A DNA stretch of 64,000 nt from Gemmatimonadales bacterium (GTDB lineage Bacteria; Gemmatimonadota; Gemmatimonadetes; Gemmatimonadales; GWC2-71-9), in NCBI GenBank assembly GCA_041615815.1, contig JBFJCP010000015.1:41605-105604 (forward strand), read 5' to 3'. Below the pieces are notes generated by a model that saw only the letters and a list, made by a program, of their open reading frames with translations, did no database searches and was not told the DNA's origin. This document shows, piece by piece, positions 30,291 through 39,953 of the stretch. The translations under genes were made by a program, and so were the position numbers. Position 1 is the stretch's first letter; each line of letters begins with the position of its first letter.

Positions 30291-31445
30291 CTATGGCGGG
30301 TCGAGTTCGAACTTGAAGAGCGCGAGGATGGGATGGTGATCCGAGTAGAAGCGATCTTCGATCCGACGATAGCTACCCGGAACGAGCGTGGCCGCAGCGC
30401 CAGGTCCATGGTGGCGGCGAAACAACACATGATCGGTCGGGAAGGGACCGCGCGTGCGATCCATGAGCGGACGGGGAGAGTCAGGAAAGAACTGGAGTAG
30501 GAAGCGCAGCGCGCTCTCGTTGGTCGACCAGGTGTTGAAGTCTCCCGCCAACACCGTAGAGGTCCACTGCGTCACGCCGTTGGTCGCTGGACGGCGTTCG
30601 ATACTATCGAGAACGGTGCGGATGGCCGCAGCCTGACGAAAGCGTGACGAGTTGGCAGTCGTGAGCACACGCCAGGCCTGGGGTGTGGTGATCAGGTGGG
30701 CGCTGAGGATGCGCAGTCCACTGCCTCTCGCGTCCCGCACCGTAGCGCCCACCACGACACGGCGTGCGGACTCGAACGGCAGCTCGATCACCACGAATTC
30801 GGACAGCGGTAAGGTCGACAGAATGGCGTTTCCTTTGTCTTCTCCACTTCCGCCTCGACGCTGATGCCCGTTCCGGGCGGCCGGGACATAGAAGAGAGCC
30901 AGCCCGCACCGCCGCGCCACCTCGGTCACATCCAACCGCTGCCCTGGTCGGTCCACTTCCTCGACCGGCGGCGGGGTAATCCAACTCTCGGCAAGGGCAC
31001 CGAGCTGCGGTGACCGCCGCAGCGCCTCCTGGAGGAGTAGGATGACATGGGGCCCGCTCCCTCGCCTGGCCGAAGCGGGCCCTGCGCACGTGAGACCCAG
31101 CTCCGACTCGAGAAAGCCGACGACATCGCCGGCGCCGGCGTCAGTATTCCACACCGCGAGCGCCACCGGCTGATCGCTCTCGAGCACTCCAAATCGTGCG
31201 CTCGGCACCGAGTCGATGACTGGCGGTCCGATGACCTTGCACCATCGTTCCAAGTGCTCGTTGTCCCGGGACGTGACGGGGAAGTACCACTTGGGCACCG
31301 CATCTTCCCCATTCTGGCTCGGGCATTGCCGGTCGAGGGGACGAGTGCCGGTCATGCCCGGAGATGGCATGCAGCCGGCAACGCCCCAGATGGTCAGCAC
31401 GGCCTGGGCCAGGGTTGGTAGCCGGTACGCGCGATTAGAACGCAA
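30291..31445 (-). CDS. Endonuclease/exonuclease/phosphatase (EEP) family protein, probable lipoprotein
   Basis: VWN, LLQEA, GNAILS, SAHL, AGDFN, TDHV and SDHHP motifs; VAGC lipobox. Start uncertain (TTG 31445). Confidence 0.88.
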   Translation of the reverse strand: MRSNRAYRLPTLAQAVLTIWGVAGCMPSPGMTGTRPLDRQCPSQNGEDAVPKWYFPVTSRDNEHLERWCKVIGPPVIDSVPSARFGVLESDQPVALAVWNTDAGAGDVVGFLESELGLTCAGPASARRGSGPHVILLLQEALRRSPQLGALAESWITPPPVEEVDRPGQRLDVTEVARRCGLALFYVPAARNGHQRRGGSGEDKGNAILSTLPLSEFVVIELPFESARRVVVGATVRDARGSGLRILSAHLITTPQAWRVLTTANSSRFRQAAAIRTVLDSIERRPATNGVTQWTSTVLAGDFNTWSTNESALRFLLQFFPDSPRPLMDRTRGPFPTDHVLFRRHHGPGAAATLVPGSYRRIEDRFYSDHHPILALFKFELDPP

Positions 31446-32076
31446 GCCGATACGAGAGAAGGGTGAAGGCAGGCCCGTCCGCCGCGGATCGGGCGTCATG
31501 CGCGTCGAGGATCCATTGCGCGAGACCACCCAGCGCCATCCCCGCCGCTGCCATGCCGATCGCATCGGGCCACCCGAGATCCGTCATCCCCACGAGCACC
31601 AGTCCGAAGGCCCCACCCACTCCCAGTCCTATCCCGACCCCACGAGGGACCGCACCCACCGCACCCCCGAAGAGGGCGAGCGCACCCACATCACGGAGCC
31701 CGACGCGCTGCGTCACCTGCCCGAGTACCAAGCCTGTGAGCGCACCGATTCCGACACCGATCCCCACGTCGCGGCTCGCCCGCCAGATGCGATCCTCGTC
31801 AGCGGAGCCTAGCAGCACTCCGCTCACGGACGCGACCGCCGCCGTGGTGCCGGCGCTGATCTGAATGCAGCGCACCGCCTCGAGCCGCTGCGAACACGGG
31901 ATGATCGACCCCGTGAACCCGAGCAACAACCCGGAGTAGGCGCCCAGCACCCCCCCGACGACCGCAGCGGCAGGTGAGCCCGATGCGGACTGCGCGACGG
32001 CGTGCTGCGCCAGGACGGCAGCGAGCATACCAAAGCATGCCGCGGCCCTGCTTCTGCACAGGATCCGCCGGCTCAT
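31435..32076 (-). CDS. Gly/Ala-rich membrane protein with signal peptide
   Basis: Glycine-zipper-like helices; C-terminal FTLLSYRLAF; ATGA overlap with the upstream gene. Confidence 0.7.
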   Translation of the reverse strand: MSRRILCRSRAAACFGMLAAVLAQHAVAQSASGSPAAAVVGGVLGAYSGLLLGFTGSIIPCSQRLEAVRCIQISAGTTAAVASVSGVLLGSADEDRIWRASRDVGIGVGIGALTGLVLGQVTQRVGLRDVGALALFGGAVGAVPRGVGIGLGVGGAFGLVLVGMTDLGWPDAIGMAAAGMALGGLAQWILDAHDARSAADGPAFTLLSYRLAF

Positions 32077-33446
32077 GGGAAAAACGCCATACTCACGCGG
32101 AACTGGGGATTGCGTTCGTGCACGTCTTCGAAGTCCCGGTAAAAGCTGTTCCGCACGAGCAACAGGTACTCCGTGGCCACGCCGACTCGGCGTACCAGCG
32201 GCGCGCGGACGCCCAGCGAAACCACGTGCACCACGTGATTGCCCGCCGCCCCGTTCAGCGTGTGGGAGTACACGCCGAGATACCCGAGTGAGAAGATGTT
32301 TACCCCGGAGCGTTGCACCTCGGCCCGCATCCGCAGCCCCGCCCCACTGCCGAAGTCGTAATCGCGTCCCGTCGCGTCGGCAAATTCTGAGATCACGGCC
32401 CAGATCGCCGCTCCGAACGGCTCCACCACGGTCCGAATCGCGAGATCACTCCGCAGCCGGAACAGCGATCGTAGCGTCACCCCGAAAGACTGCCCCCCCA
32501 CCTCATACGTTTCGTTGTTGAAGTAATCGTAATGCTGATCCACGCCGAACACGTGCCGAACCCGAGCAGTTTCTTTCCACACCTTGCCGTAGAGTGTGCC
32601 GTCGATCTGGAGTCGTCCCACGGTGTGCGCACTACTCCCGTTGACCTGCATTGTCAGGGTGAACGCATCGAACGGATGCTCCAGATCGTAGAGGTGATCC
32701 CCGTAGTGGACCGTCATGTCGACATAGGGTGTCGTGCGACCTGATTCCGGATCGCTGCCGTCGCCCACACTGCGAAACCCGAACGCGATGACGCTGCCAA
32801 AACGTGATGGCAGACGATCCACGGGGCTCGACCCCACACGGGTCATCTCGCCACGCCATAGCCGATTCAATCCGCCCACAGGATTGAGGAGGAGGTGTCC
32901 AAACTCACGCCATGTCCGTTCACCACCGGTCGCCTCGTTATCCACGATCGCACGCGATGTACGCCACAATGCCTCTCCCAGCGCGATGCCCCCCATGCTC
33001 GTGTTCACCCAATCGTTGATGGCTCCCCGATTGTTTTCACCGAACATCTCCCACAGCAGGCTGCCAGCCCACGCCAGCGCAGACGACTCGAAGAAACTGT
33101 ATCCGTTCGTGCGCCCAGCGTTGAAGTACAAGTTTCCATGAAACGGGTGCATGAACATGTTGGTCTCGAAGCTATTCGGGTCCCACTCGAGCCCTTCCGC
33201 CAGGTTCCGTCGCCAGGAGCGCAAGGACAACACGGCGGTGGAATCAACGGCAACGTATCGGTTGAAATACCAAGGGATGACCTGGACAGCAATGAGCTCC
33301 GCCACCGCTGGAAGGACACGATGCTCCCCACAGCAAAACGGCAGGGAGTCTTGGGGCACGGCCTGCGCCGCCAACGCCGGGCCGTGAGCCAGCATCAGCG
33401 TACCGCCAAGTACCAGGACCTGCCGCGACGAGCGCACGCTCACCAC
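32073..33446 (-). CDS. DUF3943-containing outer-membrane protein
   Basis: WDPNSFETNMFMHPFHG, SLLWEMFGE and IND..NT.MGG.ALGE motifs, followed by a beta-barrel-like C-terminal half. Confidence 0.85.
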   Translation of the reverse strand: MVSVRSSRQVLVLGGTLMLAHGPALAAQAVPQDSLPFCCGEHRVLPAVAELIAVQVIPWYFNRYVAVDSTAVLSLRSWRRNLAEGLEWDPNSFETNMFMHPFHGNLYFNAGRTNGYSFFESSALAWAGSLLWEMFGENNRGAINDWVNTSMGGIALGEALWRTSRAIVDNEATGGERTWREFGHLLLNPVGGLNRLWRGEMTRVGSSPVDRLPSRFGSVIAFGFRSVGDGSDPESGRTTPYVDMTVHYGDHLYDLEHPFDAFTLTMQVNGSSAHTVGRLQIDGTLYGKVWKETARVRHVFGVDQHYDYFNNETYEVGGQSFGVTLRSLFRLRSDLAIRTVVEPFGAAIWAVISEFADATGRDYDFGSGAGLRMRAEVQRSGVNIFSLGYLGVYSHTLNGAAGNHVVHVVSLGVRAPLVRRVGVATEYLLLVRNSFYRDFEDVHERNPQFRVSMAFFP

Positions 33447-34223
33447 TCAGCGCCGGGGGACCGTGACAACGGCACCGAAGAACCAGCCTTGTTGTACGCC
33501 GTTGTCCCACCGATAGGTCTTCAATCCCTCCTCCTTGTTGTCGTATTGCACCTCGCGGTACATGTACCGCATGGCCAGATCCAGGGGCGGCGCGACCCTG
33601 AATGCAAGCGTGCCACTCAAGGTCCATGTAAAGTCTGACCCCACGGCGAAACCACCGATGTCGCCCGCAATAGCTACGAACAACCGGCGCCCGATCTTTA
33701 CCGCGTACTGCGTGCCCTCCACCGGCTCGAGCCATACCTGGGTCACCGAAACGTCGCCGCCGACCTGATCGCGCAATCGCTGACCTTGCCGAACGTAGCG
33801 GGCACCGAGGTACACCGTAAAGCTGCTCTGGGGATCGTACGGACCGATCTGCAAGGTGCCGTGTGCCTCGATCGTGGTCCAAGAAAAGTCGTAACGTCCC
33901 AGCGTTCCGTCGGTTGGTTCGGTCACTGGCGCAATCGTGCCGGGGTTACCGATCGTTGCCCACGTGGCAGCTACCCGAAATCCCACCCGACGTTTCCGTG
34001 CCTCGACACGAATAGCGCCGGCCGGAGTCAGGACGGAATCCCCAACCACCGTCTGGCGCTCTCCGACGACGCTCAGTCCTCCGAGATTGGAGAGCCACAG
34101 AGACGGCGCCACTGACCACCGCCACCCTGACTCCGCCGTTTGGGCCTGAGCCGGGGTAGCGGCCTCGAACACGACGAGGCCCGCGATCCCAACCATCCTC
34201 ATGACGCGCGCGCGCATTGCCAT
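33447..34223 (-). CDS. Outer-membrane beta-barrel protein
   Basis: Signal peptide; WRWSVAPSLW, LGARY, WLEPVEG and GDIGGFAVGSDFTW amphipathic strands. Confidence 0.8.
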   Translation of the reverse strand: MAMRARVMRMVGIAGLVVFEAATPAQAQTAESGWRWSVAPSLWLSNLGGLSVVGERQTVVGDSVLTPAGAIRVEARKRRVGFRVAATWATIGNPGTIAPVTEPTDGTLGRYDFSWTTIEAHGTLQIGPYDPQSSFTVYLGARYVRQGQRLRDQVGGDVSVTQVWLEPVEGTQYAVKIGRRLFVAIAGDIGGFAVGSDFTWTLSGTLAFRVAPPLDLAMRYMYREVQYDNKEEGLKTYRWDNGVQQGWFFGAVVTVPRR

Positions 34224-34232
34224 GACGACGTC

Positions 34233-34916
34233 CTAGAACAGTGGCAGCGAGAATCCCCCGGTGAACGACCACGAGCGATTCCTCGCGGATTCGCCGGAGG
34301 GTACCAGGTCCGGAAGCACCTGGGTCAGGCCCACCTCATGCCGCACCGCAGCGGAGAAGCGGGCGCCGCCTGGATAGCTTCGGACGAGACGAAGCCCCAC
34401 CAAGATGTCCAGCTGCACGGCGGCGGTTTCCGTGGCCGGGATGGCGACGCCGCAGTCCTCCTCGAACTCGAAGGTCGCTGAATCCTTGACCTGGCAGTCC
34501 GCCGTGACCGCTGTTGCCACTCCCGCATGCGGGTTGACCATCCAGCCGCTCGCGAGCGGAACCTCCCGTCCTACGGTGACCGGGATTGCGAGGTGGGAGG
34601 ACTTGAAGTCTGCGGCCACCAAGGCGTCCCTTGCGCGAACGTTCGACGCCCCTTTTTGCTGCCATACGCCCGCCGCCGCCACCGTCCAGCGTCCAAGGAA
34701 ACGGTGCTCGACCTGGACGGCGAACCGCGCACCCCAGATACCAGAGGCTTCGACAAAACTCCCTGACCACGTGGCGTACGTCGGCCCTGCTTCGAGCCCG
34801 AGATACCACTGGGCCGGGGCGGGTACCGCGGTGACGACGGTCGCAGTGAAAAGACAGAGCGCAACACGGACGGCGCCCAGGGCCACGCGGCTGATGACCA
34901 ATGGGATGCCACGCAC
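34233..34916 (-). CDS. Small outer-membrane beta-barrel (porin-like) protein
   Basis: Signal ending APAQ; GLEAG, QKG, LAIPV and RNRSWSFTGGF; C-terminal Phe. Start uncertain. Confidence 0.75.
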   Translation of the reverse strand: MRGIPLVISRVALGAVRVALCLFTATVVTAVPAPAQWYLGLEAGPTYATWSGSFVEASGIWGARFAVQVEHRFLGRWTVAAAGVWQQKGASNVRARDALVAADFKSSHLAIPVTVGREVPLASGWMVNPHAGVATAVTADCQVKDSATFEFEEDCGVAIPATETAAVQLDILVGLRLVRSYPGGARFSAAVRHEVGLTQVLPDLVPSGESARNRSWSFTGGFSLPLF

Positions 34917-35099
34917 CTGCAGCACCAGGTGGCCGTGCCGGCCGAACCGAGCGCTTGGATGTCCGCGGTTGTCCAGGTGTCCACGCACTCGAGTCACCCC
35001 GAACCTCAAGGTCTCTCGGTGATTTTTGAATGTGAAGATACCGAGTCCGCAACGGCCACGAACACCGCACCGCGCAAGACGCGGGTAGCGCACCAGGGA

Positions 35100-36890
35100 T
35101 CACCGTTTCCGATTCGAGCGTGTTGCCACGTCGCTCACGGGGGGGAGTGTCCGCAGCACCCCGGCGTCATACACCCGTTTCCCGGCAAGGAAGGTGGCCA
35201 GCACCCGGACCTCCAGCAACGAATCTTCCGGTACGGTCAGCGGATTGGCCGAGAGGACTTGGAGATCAGCACGCGAGCCCGCGCGAATCACAGCGGGCCG
35301 CGGGTCACCACCGCCCGCTGGGTACCGCATGGTCATGAGACGGAAAGCACGCTCGCGACCCGCCGCGCCGCTTCCCCAGGTCCCGAGGGCGTTCTGCCGA
35401 GTGAGCGCTGCATGAAAACCCAACAGTGGCGCGCCGGGCATCGTAAAATAATCAGATCCTTCGGCGAGGCGCCCGCCCATCTCGCCGAGCGTCCGCCACG
35501 CGTACACCCTGGTCGCTCCAGCAGCTCCCACTCGCCGCTCGCCGAACGACGGTATGTCCCCAGGCAACGAGTTGAAGTTGGACTGCATCGAAATGACGAT
35601 CCCCAGCCGCACCACGCGTTCGAAGTCCGCTTCTCGCGCATACGAAAAGTGCTCGATGCGCAGGCGTCGAGGGTCCAGGTGAGGATCATCCGTCAAGAGG
35701 CGTTCGTAGGCATCGAGAGTTCTCCGCACCGCTTCGTCGCCAATGGCATGCGTGGCGACGTCCAACCCGACACCCAACGCGCGCCTGGCCCACATCTCGA
35801 TTTCCGCTTCCGTCATCCGAGGCACTCCCGTGACGGTTGGATCGTCCCCGTACGGATGCGTGAGCGCCGCACCCCGACTTCCCAGAGCCCCGTCCGCAAA
35901 AAGCTTGAGATGGGTGATGCGAACGCGGGGGGAAGAAGCACGCTGCACGTCCGGCGACGACGTCAGAGCCTCAGCCAGATCGCTCGGCGCTGGAACCATC
36001 AGATTGACCGCGACGCCGAGCGGCTGCTCAAGGTCGGCGTTCGCCAAGAGCGTGAGATAGCGGCGAAAGTCGACGTTCAGAGCAACCACAGATGGAACCG
36101 CCAGAAAGCCGGCATCGAAGACTTCGCTGACTCCCCGTGCCGCCATCGCGGCAGTGGCGAGCCGAAAGGCACGTGTGACGTCTTCATCACTTGGTGGCGG
36201 GATGTGGACGAGGACAGCTTCATTCGCTCGCTCGAGCAGGACGCCAGTGGGCTGGCCACTTTCGAAACGCAGGATGGCGCCGCCGGCGGGGTCGGTGCTT
36301 CTCTCATCGATGCCAACCATCCGCATGGCCGTGGTATTGACCCAACCGGCGTGTCCATCCGTCCGCGTGAGGAACACGGGATGATGTGGCGCGGCCCTGG
36401 AGAGGAACTCGTGCGTCGGGAGCGTCTCGGTCCCCCACGCCGCCTGGTTCCAGCCTGCCCCGAGAATCCAGGATCCCCGCGGGACGCCGCGGACCCGTTC
36501 GCGTATGCGCGTGACCAGTTCCTCGAGTGATGTGATGGAGGACAAGTCGAGGAAGAGACGTTCCCCCTCCCGCGCATTGAGCAGCGCGAAACCCATGTTC
36601 AGGAGATGGACGTGGTGATCGACGAACGCCGGCGCAAGCACATGGCCCCCAAGATCCACGATTTCGGTTTCCGGTCCTATCCAACGATGAAGCGCACCGG
36701 AGTCGCCGAGAGCCGCAATGCGTTCACCGAGCACGGCCACGCTCACCGCTCGTGGAGTACCCGTTCGTTCACCGGTGAGGACGGTCCCGTTCACGAGGAG
36801 GACCGTTGCGCGCTCGCCGCTCGAACGCCCGCAGGCGACGATGGCAACGATGAACACGGTCACAACGAATCCAACGCGGGCCCCTGGCAT
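35100..36890 (-). CDS. Amidohydrolase family 3 (YtcJ-like) lipoprotein
   Basis: Lipobox IVAC; PAFVDHHVH, DGHAGWVN, KLFADGALGSRGA, HAIGD, RIEH and GSD. Confidence 0.92.
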   Translation of the reverse strand: MPGARVGFVVTVFIVAIVACGRSSGERATVLLVNGTVLTGERTGTPRAVSVAVLGERIAALGDSGALHRWIGPETEIVDLGGHVLAPAFVDHHVHLLNMGFALLNAREGERLFLDLSSITSLEELVTRIRERVRGVPRGSWILGAGWNQAAWGTETLPTHEFLSRAAPHHPVFLTRTDGHAGWVNTTAMRMVGIDERSTDPAGGAILRFESGQPTGVLLERANEAVLVHIPPPSDEDVTRAFRLATAAMAARGVSEVFDAGFLAVPSVVALNVDFRRYLTLLANADLEQPLGVAVNLMVPAPSDLAEALTSSPDVQRASSPRVRITHLKLFADGALGSRGAALTHPYGDDPTVTGVPRMTEAEIEMWARRALGVGLDVATHAIGDEAVRRTLDAYERLLTDDPHLDPRRLRIEHFSYAREADFERVVRLGIVISMQSNFNSLPGDIPSFGERRVGAAGATRVYAWRTLGEMGGRLAEGSDYFTMPGAPLLGFHAALTRQNALGTWGSGAAGRERAFRLMTMRYPAGGGDPRPAVIRAGSRADLQVLSANPLTVPEDSLLEVRVLATFLAGKRVYDAGVLRTLPPVSDVATRSNRKR

Positions 36891-37005
36891 GAAGTGCTCC
36901 TCTGGGCGTGATGTCTAGAACCTTACCGCCCCACGCCGCGCCGGCTAGCTTCCCTTTCTCATCGTACCGATCGGTAGGAGCGTCATACATGAATGACCAC
37001 CAGCG

Positions 37006-39234
37006 GTGTTGGTTGCGTCCAGGTCAAGGCCGCAAATCGTGAGGCGTTGCCGCTTGCCCACGATTCTCGCGGCGTCCCTCCTCTGCGCCGGCGCACACCT
37101 CCTGCCTGCCCAGGGCGTCCGTGACGCCAAGACCCTCATCGGGTTCTCGGCCCGAGCCGCCGAAGCACAACGTCGGGTCGAACATCGTCTCGCCACCCTC
37201 TTGAACAACGACTCGACCGGTCGGCATTTCCGGTATCTCACCGAAGAGCCGCACGTGGCCGGGTCGGTCAGGAACAAGCAGCTGGCCGATTACATAGTCC
37301 AGCGATTTCGTGAGTACGGATTGGAAGACGTGCGCCTGCACCGGTATGACGTCCTCCTACCGTTCCCGGAATCGGTGAGCGTCACGATGCTCGAGCCGCA
37401 CCGGTTCGAGCCATCGCTCAAGGAGGACGGAGTTCCAGGAGACAAGGACACGTGGGCCGACGTCGGGCTCACGTACTTGGGAATGTCCGCCTCGGGGGAC
37501 GTCACGGGCGATCTCATCTACGCCAACAGCGGCAACCCGGAAGACTACGATTGGCTCGAGGCACACGGCGTTGACGTGACGGGCAAGATCGCGCTCGTCC
37601 GATACTCGGTTCCTTACTCCTATCGTGGGTACAAGGCGCTCACCGCCGAGCGTCGAGGCCTGGCCGCCATGCTGATCTACTCCGATCCCCACGACGACGG
37701 GTATCGCAAGGGGCTCACGTATCCAGACGGACCGTGGGGACCGGCGAGTCACATTCAACGAGGAGCGATCACGTACGATTTCTTCGTTCCGGGGGATCCG
37801 TTGACGCCGGGCTGGGCGTCCGTAGACGGAGCCCCCCGCATCCCAGAGGCGAAAGCGCGCTCCGTGCCGCGCATTGTCGCTGTGCCCATGTCCTACCGCG
37901 ATGCCGCACCACTCCTCGAAGAGCTGGGAGGCCCCGTGGCGCCCCCCGCGTGGCAGGGTGGCCTTCCGTTCACCTACCGTGTGGGTCCGGGCGCCACGAA
38001 AGTCCGGGTCACCGTACAAATGGATGGCAGAACCCGACCGATCTGGGTCGTTGAGGGCCGGATCCGCGGCTCGGAGGCGCCGGACCAGATGGTCGTATTG
38101 GGCAACCATCGCGACGCATGGGTGTACGGCGGCGTGGATCCCAGTAGCGGCACGGCTACGCAACTGGAGCTGGCACGGGCCTTGGGAACCTTGGTCCGGG
38201 AGGGTCACCGTCCCCGCCGCACCATCATCCTCGCGAGTTGGGACGCCGAGGAGTGGCACCTGACCGGCTCGACGGAGTGGGGCGAGCAGTTTGCCGAGGA
38301 ACTCCAGCGCCACGCGATCGCCTATCTCAACGTCGACGGCTCGACGAGCGGTGCCGAGTTCGAAGCAGGCGCCGTCGCTAGTCTCAACCCACTCGTGGTG
38401 GAGACCGTGCGAGATGTCATCGATCCCAACGGACGTGGGAGCGTGCTGGATGCATGGATCGAGCGTCGCGCTCAGGCAGGCGCCGAGTCGGTGATCGGAG
38501 GTGGCGGCACCGGGAGCAGGGGGGACGATCTTGACGAGCTCGATCTCGTGGACAACCAACTCGGGAGCGGATCCGACTACACCGTGTTCCTCAATCATCT
38601 CGGCGTGCCGATTGTCGGCATGAGCTTCGATGGGCCCTACGGCGTGTACCACTCTCAGTACGACAACTACACCTGGATGACGAAGTTCGGAGATCCGGGT
38701 TTCCGCTACATGACGACGATGGGCGAGATCTGGGGCCGCATGGCGCTACGACTCGCCAATGCCGACATCCTGCCGTTCGACTACGCAGGCTACGCTGCGC
38801 GAGTCGGAACGTTCCTCGACACGTTGGCCGCCCAGCCCGGCGTCACCGAGCGGCTCGATCTCGGCCCCGTGCGAGCGGCGCACCGTCATTGGACCGAGCA
38901 CGCCGCCAAGTTGCAGCAAAGGATGATGGCGGCCCTTCGTTCGCCACCGCAGGCGCGAAGCCGTGTCCGACTCAATGAAGCCATGCTCGCGGTTGAGCGG
39001 AGCATGTTGTTGGAAGAGGGAATACCGGGCCGGCCGTGGTTCAAGCACGTATTGTACGCCCCGCGGTACACGTACGCCGCCATGGAGCTGCCGGGCGTCC
39101 AGGAGGCTGTGGACGCGGGTGACTGGCCACGGGCCCGCGAGCAGCTGTCCCGGCTGACCGAGCGTCTGCGTGCCGTGGGAGACGCCGTGGGACGGGCAGC
39201 CGACGCTGGACCAGCGGCGTCCGAGGGACGCTAG
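37006..39234 (+). CDS. M28 glutamate carboxypeptidase II-like peptidase (PA and TfR-dimer domains)
   Basis: PHVAGS, GDPLTPG, GNHRDAWVYG.VDP.SG, WDAEE..GSTEW, YLNVD, GSGSDY, YHS.YD and RPWFKHVLYAP. Start may be 37039. Confidence 0.95.
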   Translation: MLVASRSRPQIVRRCRLPTILAASLLCAGAHLLPAQGVRDAKTLIGFSARAAEAQRRVEHRLATLLNNDSTGRHFRYLTEEPHVAGSVRNKQLADYIVQRFREYGLEDVRLHRYDVLLPFPESVSVTMLEPHRFEPSLKEDGVPGDKDTWADVGLTYLGMSASGDVTGDLIYANSGNPEDYDWLEAHGVDVTGKIALVRYSVPYSYRGYKALTAERRGLAAMLIYSDPHDDGYRKGLTYPDGPWGPASHIQRGAITYDFFVPGDPLTPGWASVDGAPRIPEAKARSVPRIVAVPMSYRDAAPLLEELGGPVAPPAWQGGLPFTYRVGPGATKVRVTVQMDGRTRPIWVVEGRIRGSEAPDQMVVLGNHRDAWVYGGVDPSSGTATQLELARALGTLVREGHRPRRTIILASWDAEEWHLTGSTEWGEQFAEELQRHAIAYLNVDGSTSGAEFEAGAVASLNPLVVETVRDVIDPNGRGSVLDAWIERRAQAGAESVIGGGGTGSRGDDLDELDLVDNQLGSGSDYTVFLNHLGVPIVGMSFDGPYGVYHSQYDNYTWMTKFGDPGFRYMTTMGEIWGRMALRLANADILPFDYAGYAARVGTFLDTLAAQPGVTERLDLGPVRAAHRHWTEHAAKLQQRMMAALRSPPQARSRVRLNEAMLAVERSMLLEEGIPGRPWFKHVLYAPRYTYAAMELPGVQEAVDAGDWPRAREQLSRLTERLRAVGDAVGRAADAGPAASEGR

Positions 39235-39298
39235 CCGCGAGGACGGCCCGCTTCGACCCCAAAGGGGCATTATGATTCGGTTTCCACGAGGTACGCTG

Positions 39299-39865
39299 GT
39301 GAAGAAGCTCTTCTATCCAGTTCTCGCCGTCACGTTGTCTGGTTTGATGCTGCACCCCACCTCGTCGCTTTCGGCGCAGAGTGAGCGGCTCGTGGTCCTC
39401 GTTCGTCACGCCGAGGCCGGCGGCGAGCCGGAGAACGATCCCCCCCTGACCGACCGGGGGCTGGCTCGGGCAGCAGCGCTGGCGCAGGCGCTCGAGGATG
39501 CGGCGATCGCGGCGGTAGTCGTGAGCCCCCTGGCCAGGACACGACTCACGGCTGAGCCACTCTCGGAGCGCTTGGGGCACGCGCCCATCGTCGCCGGGAT
39601 CGGCGGCGGCCTCGAAGAGCACGTGGCGGCTGTCGCACAGGCCGTGCACGAGCAAACCGACGGCGCAGCCGTTCTCGTGGTTGGGCACAGCAATACCATC
39701 CCACGGATCATCGCAGCGCTCGGCGGGCCCGAGCTCCGCGATCTCTGTCACTGGGAGTTTTCACGGTTGTTCGTCTTGGTGGTGGGTGGCAAACGGTCCG
39801 GGCGTCTCGTCACGGCATCCTACGGAGAGCCGGACGAGGCACGAGACGACGGGTGTCCCGAATGA
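39299..39865 (+). CDS. Secreted histidine phosphatase family (SixA/PGM-like) protein
   Basis: Signal peptide; LVRHAE, PLT..G..RA, SPL.RTR.TA and VVGHSNT. Alternative start 39272. Confidence 0.88.
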   Translation: MKKLFYPVLAVTLSGLMLHPTSSLSAQSERLVVLVRHAEAGGEPENDPPLTDRGLARAAALAQALEDAAIAAVVVSPLARTRLTAEPLSERLGHAPIVAGIGGGLEEHVAAVAQAVHEQTDGAAVLVVGHSNTIPRIIAALGGPELRDLCHWEFSRLFVLVVGGKRSGRLVTASYGEPDEARDDGCPE

Positions 39866-39899
39866 GCGCGTTCATCGAATCTCAGAACGCCATAAGAGA

Positions 39900-39934
39900 A
39901 AACGCCGGTGCGGCTCGGGGCCGCACCGGCGTTT
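39900..39934. terminator. Bidirectional intrinsic terminator
   Basis: Perfect 15-bp inverted repeat AAACGCCGGTGCGGC / GCCGCACCGGCGTTT between convergent genes. Confidence 0.8.
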
Positions 39935-39953
39935 GCATCTCAAGGCTCGAAGC

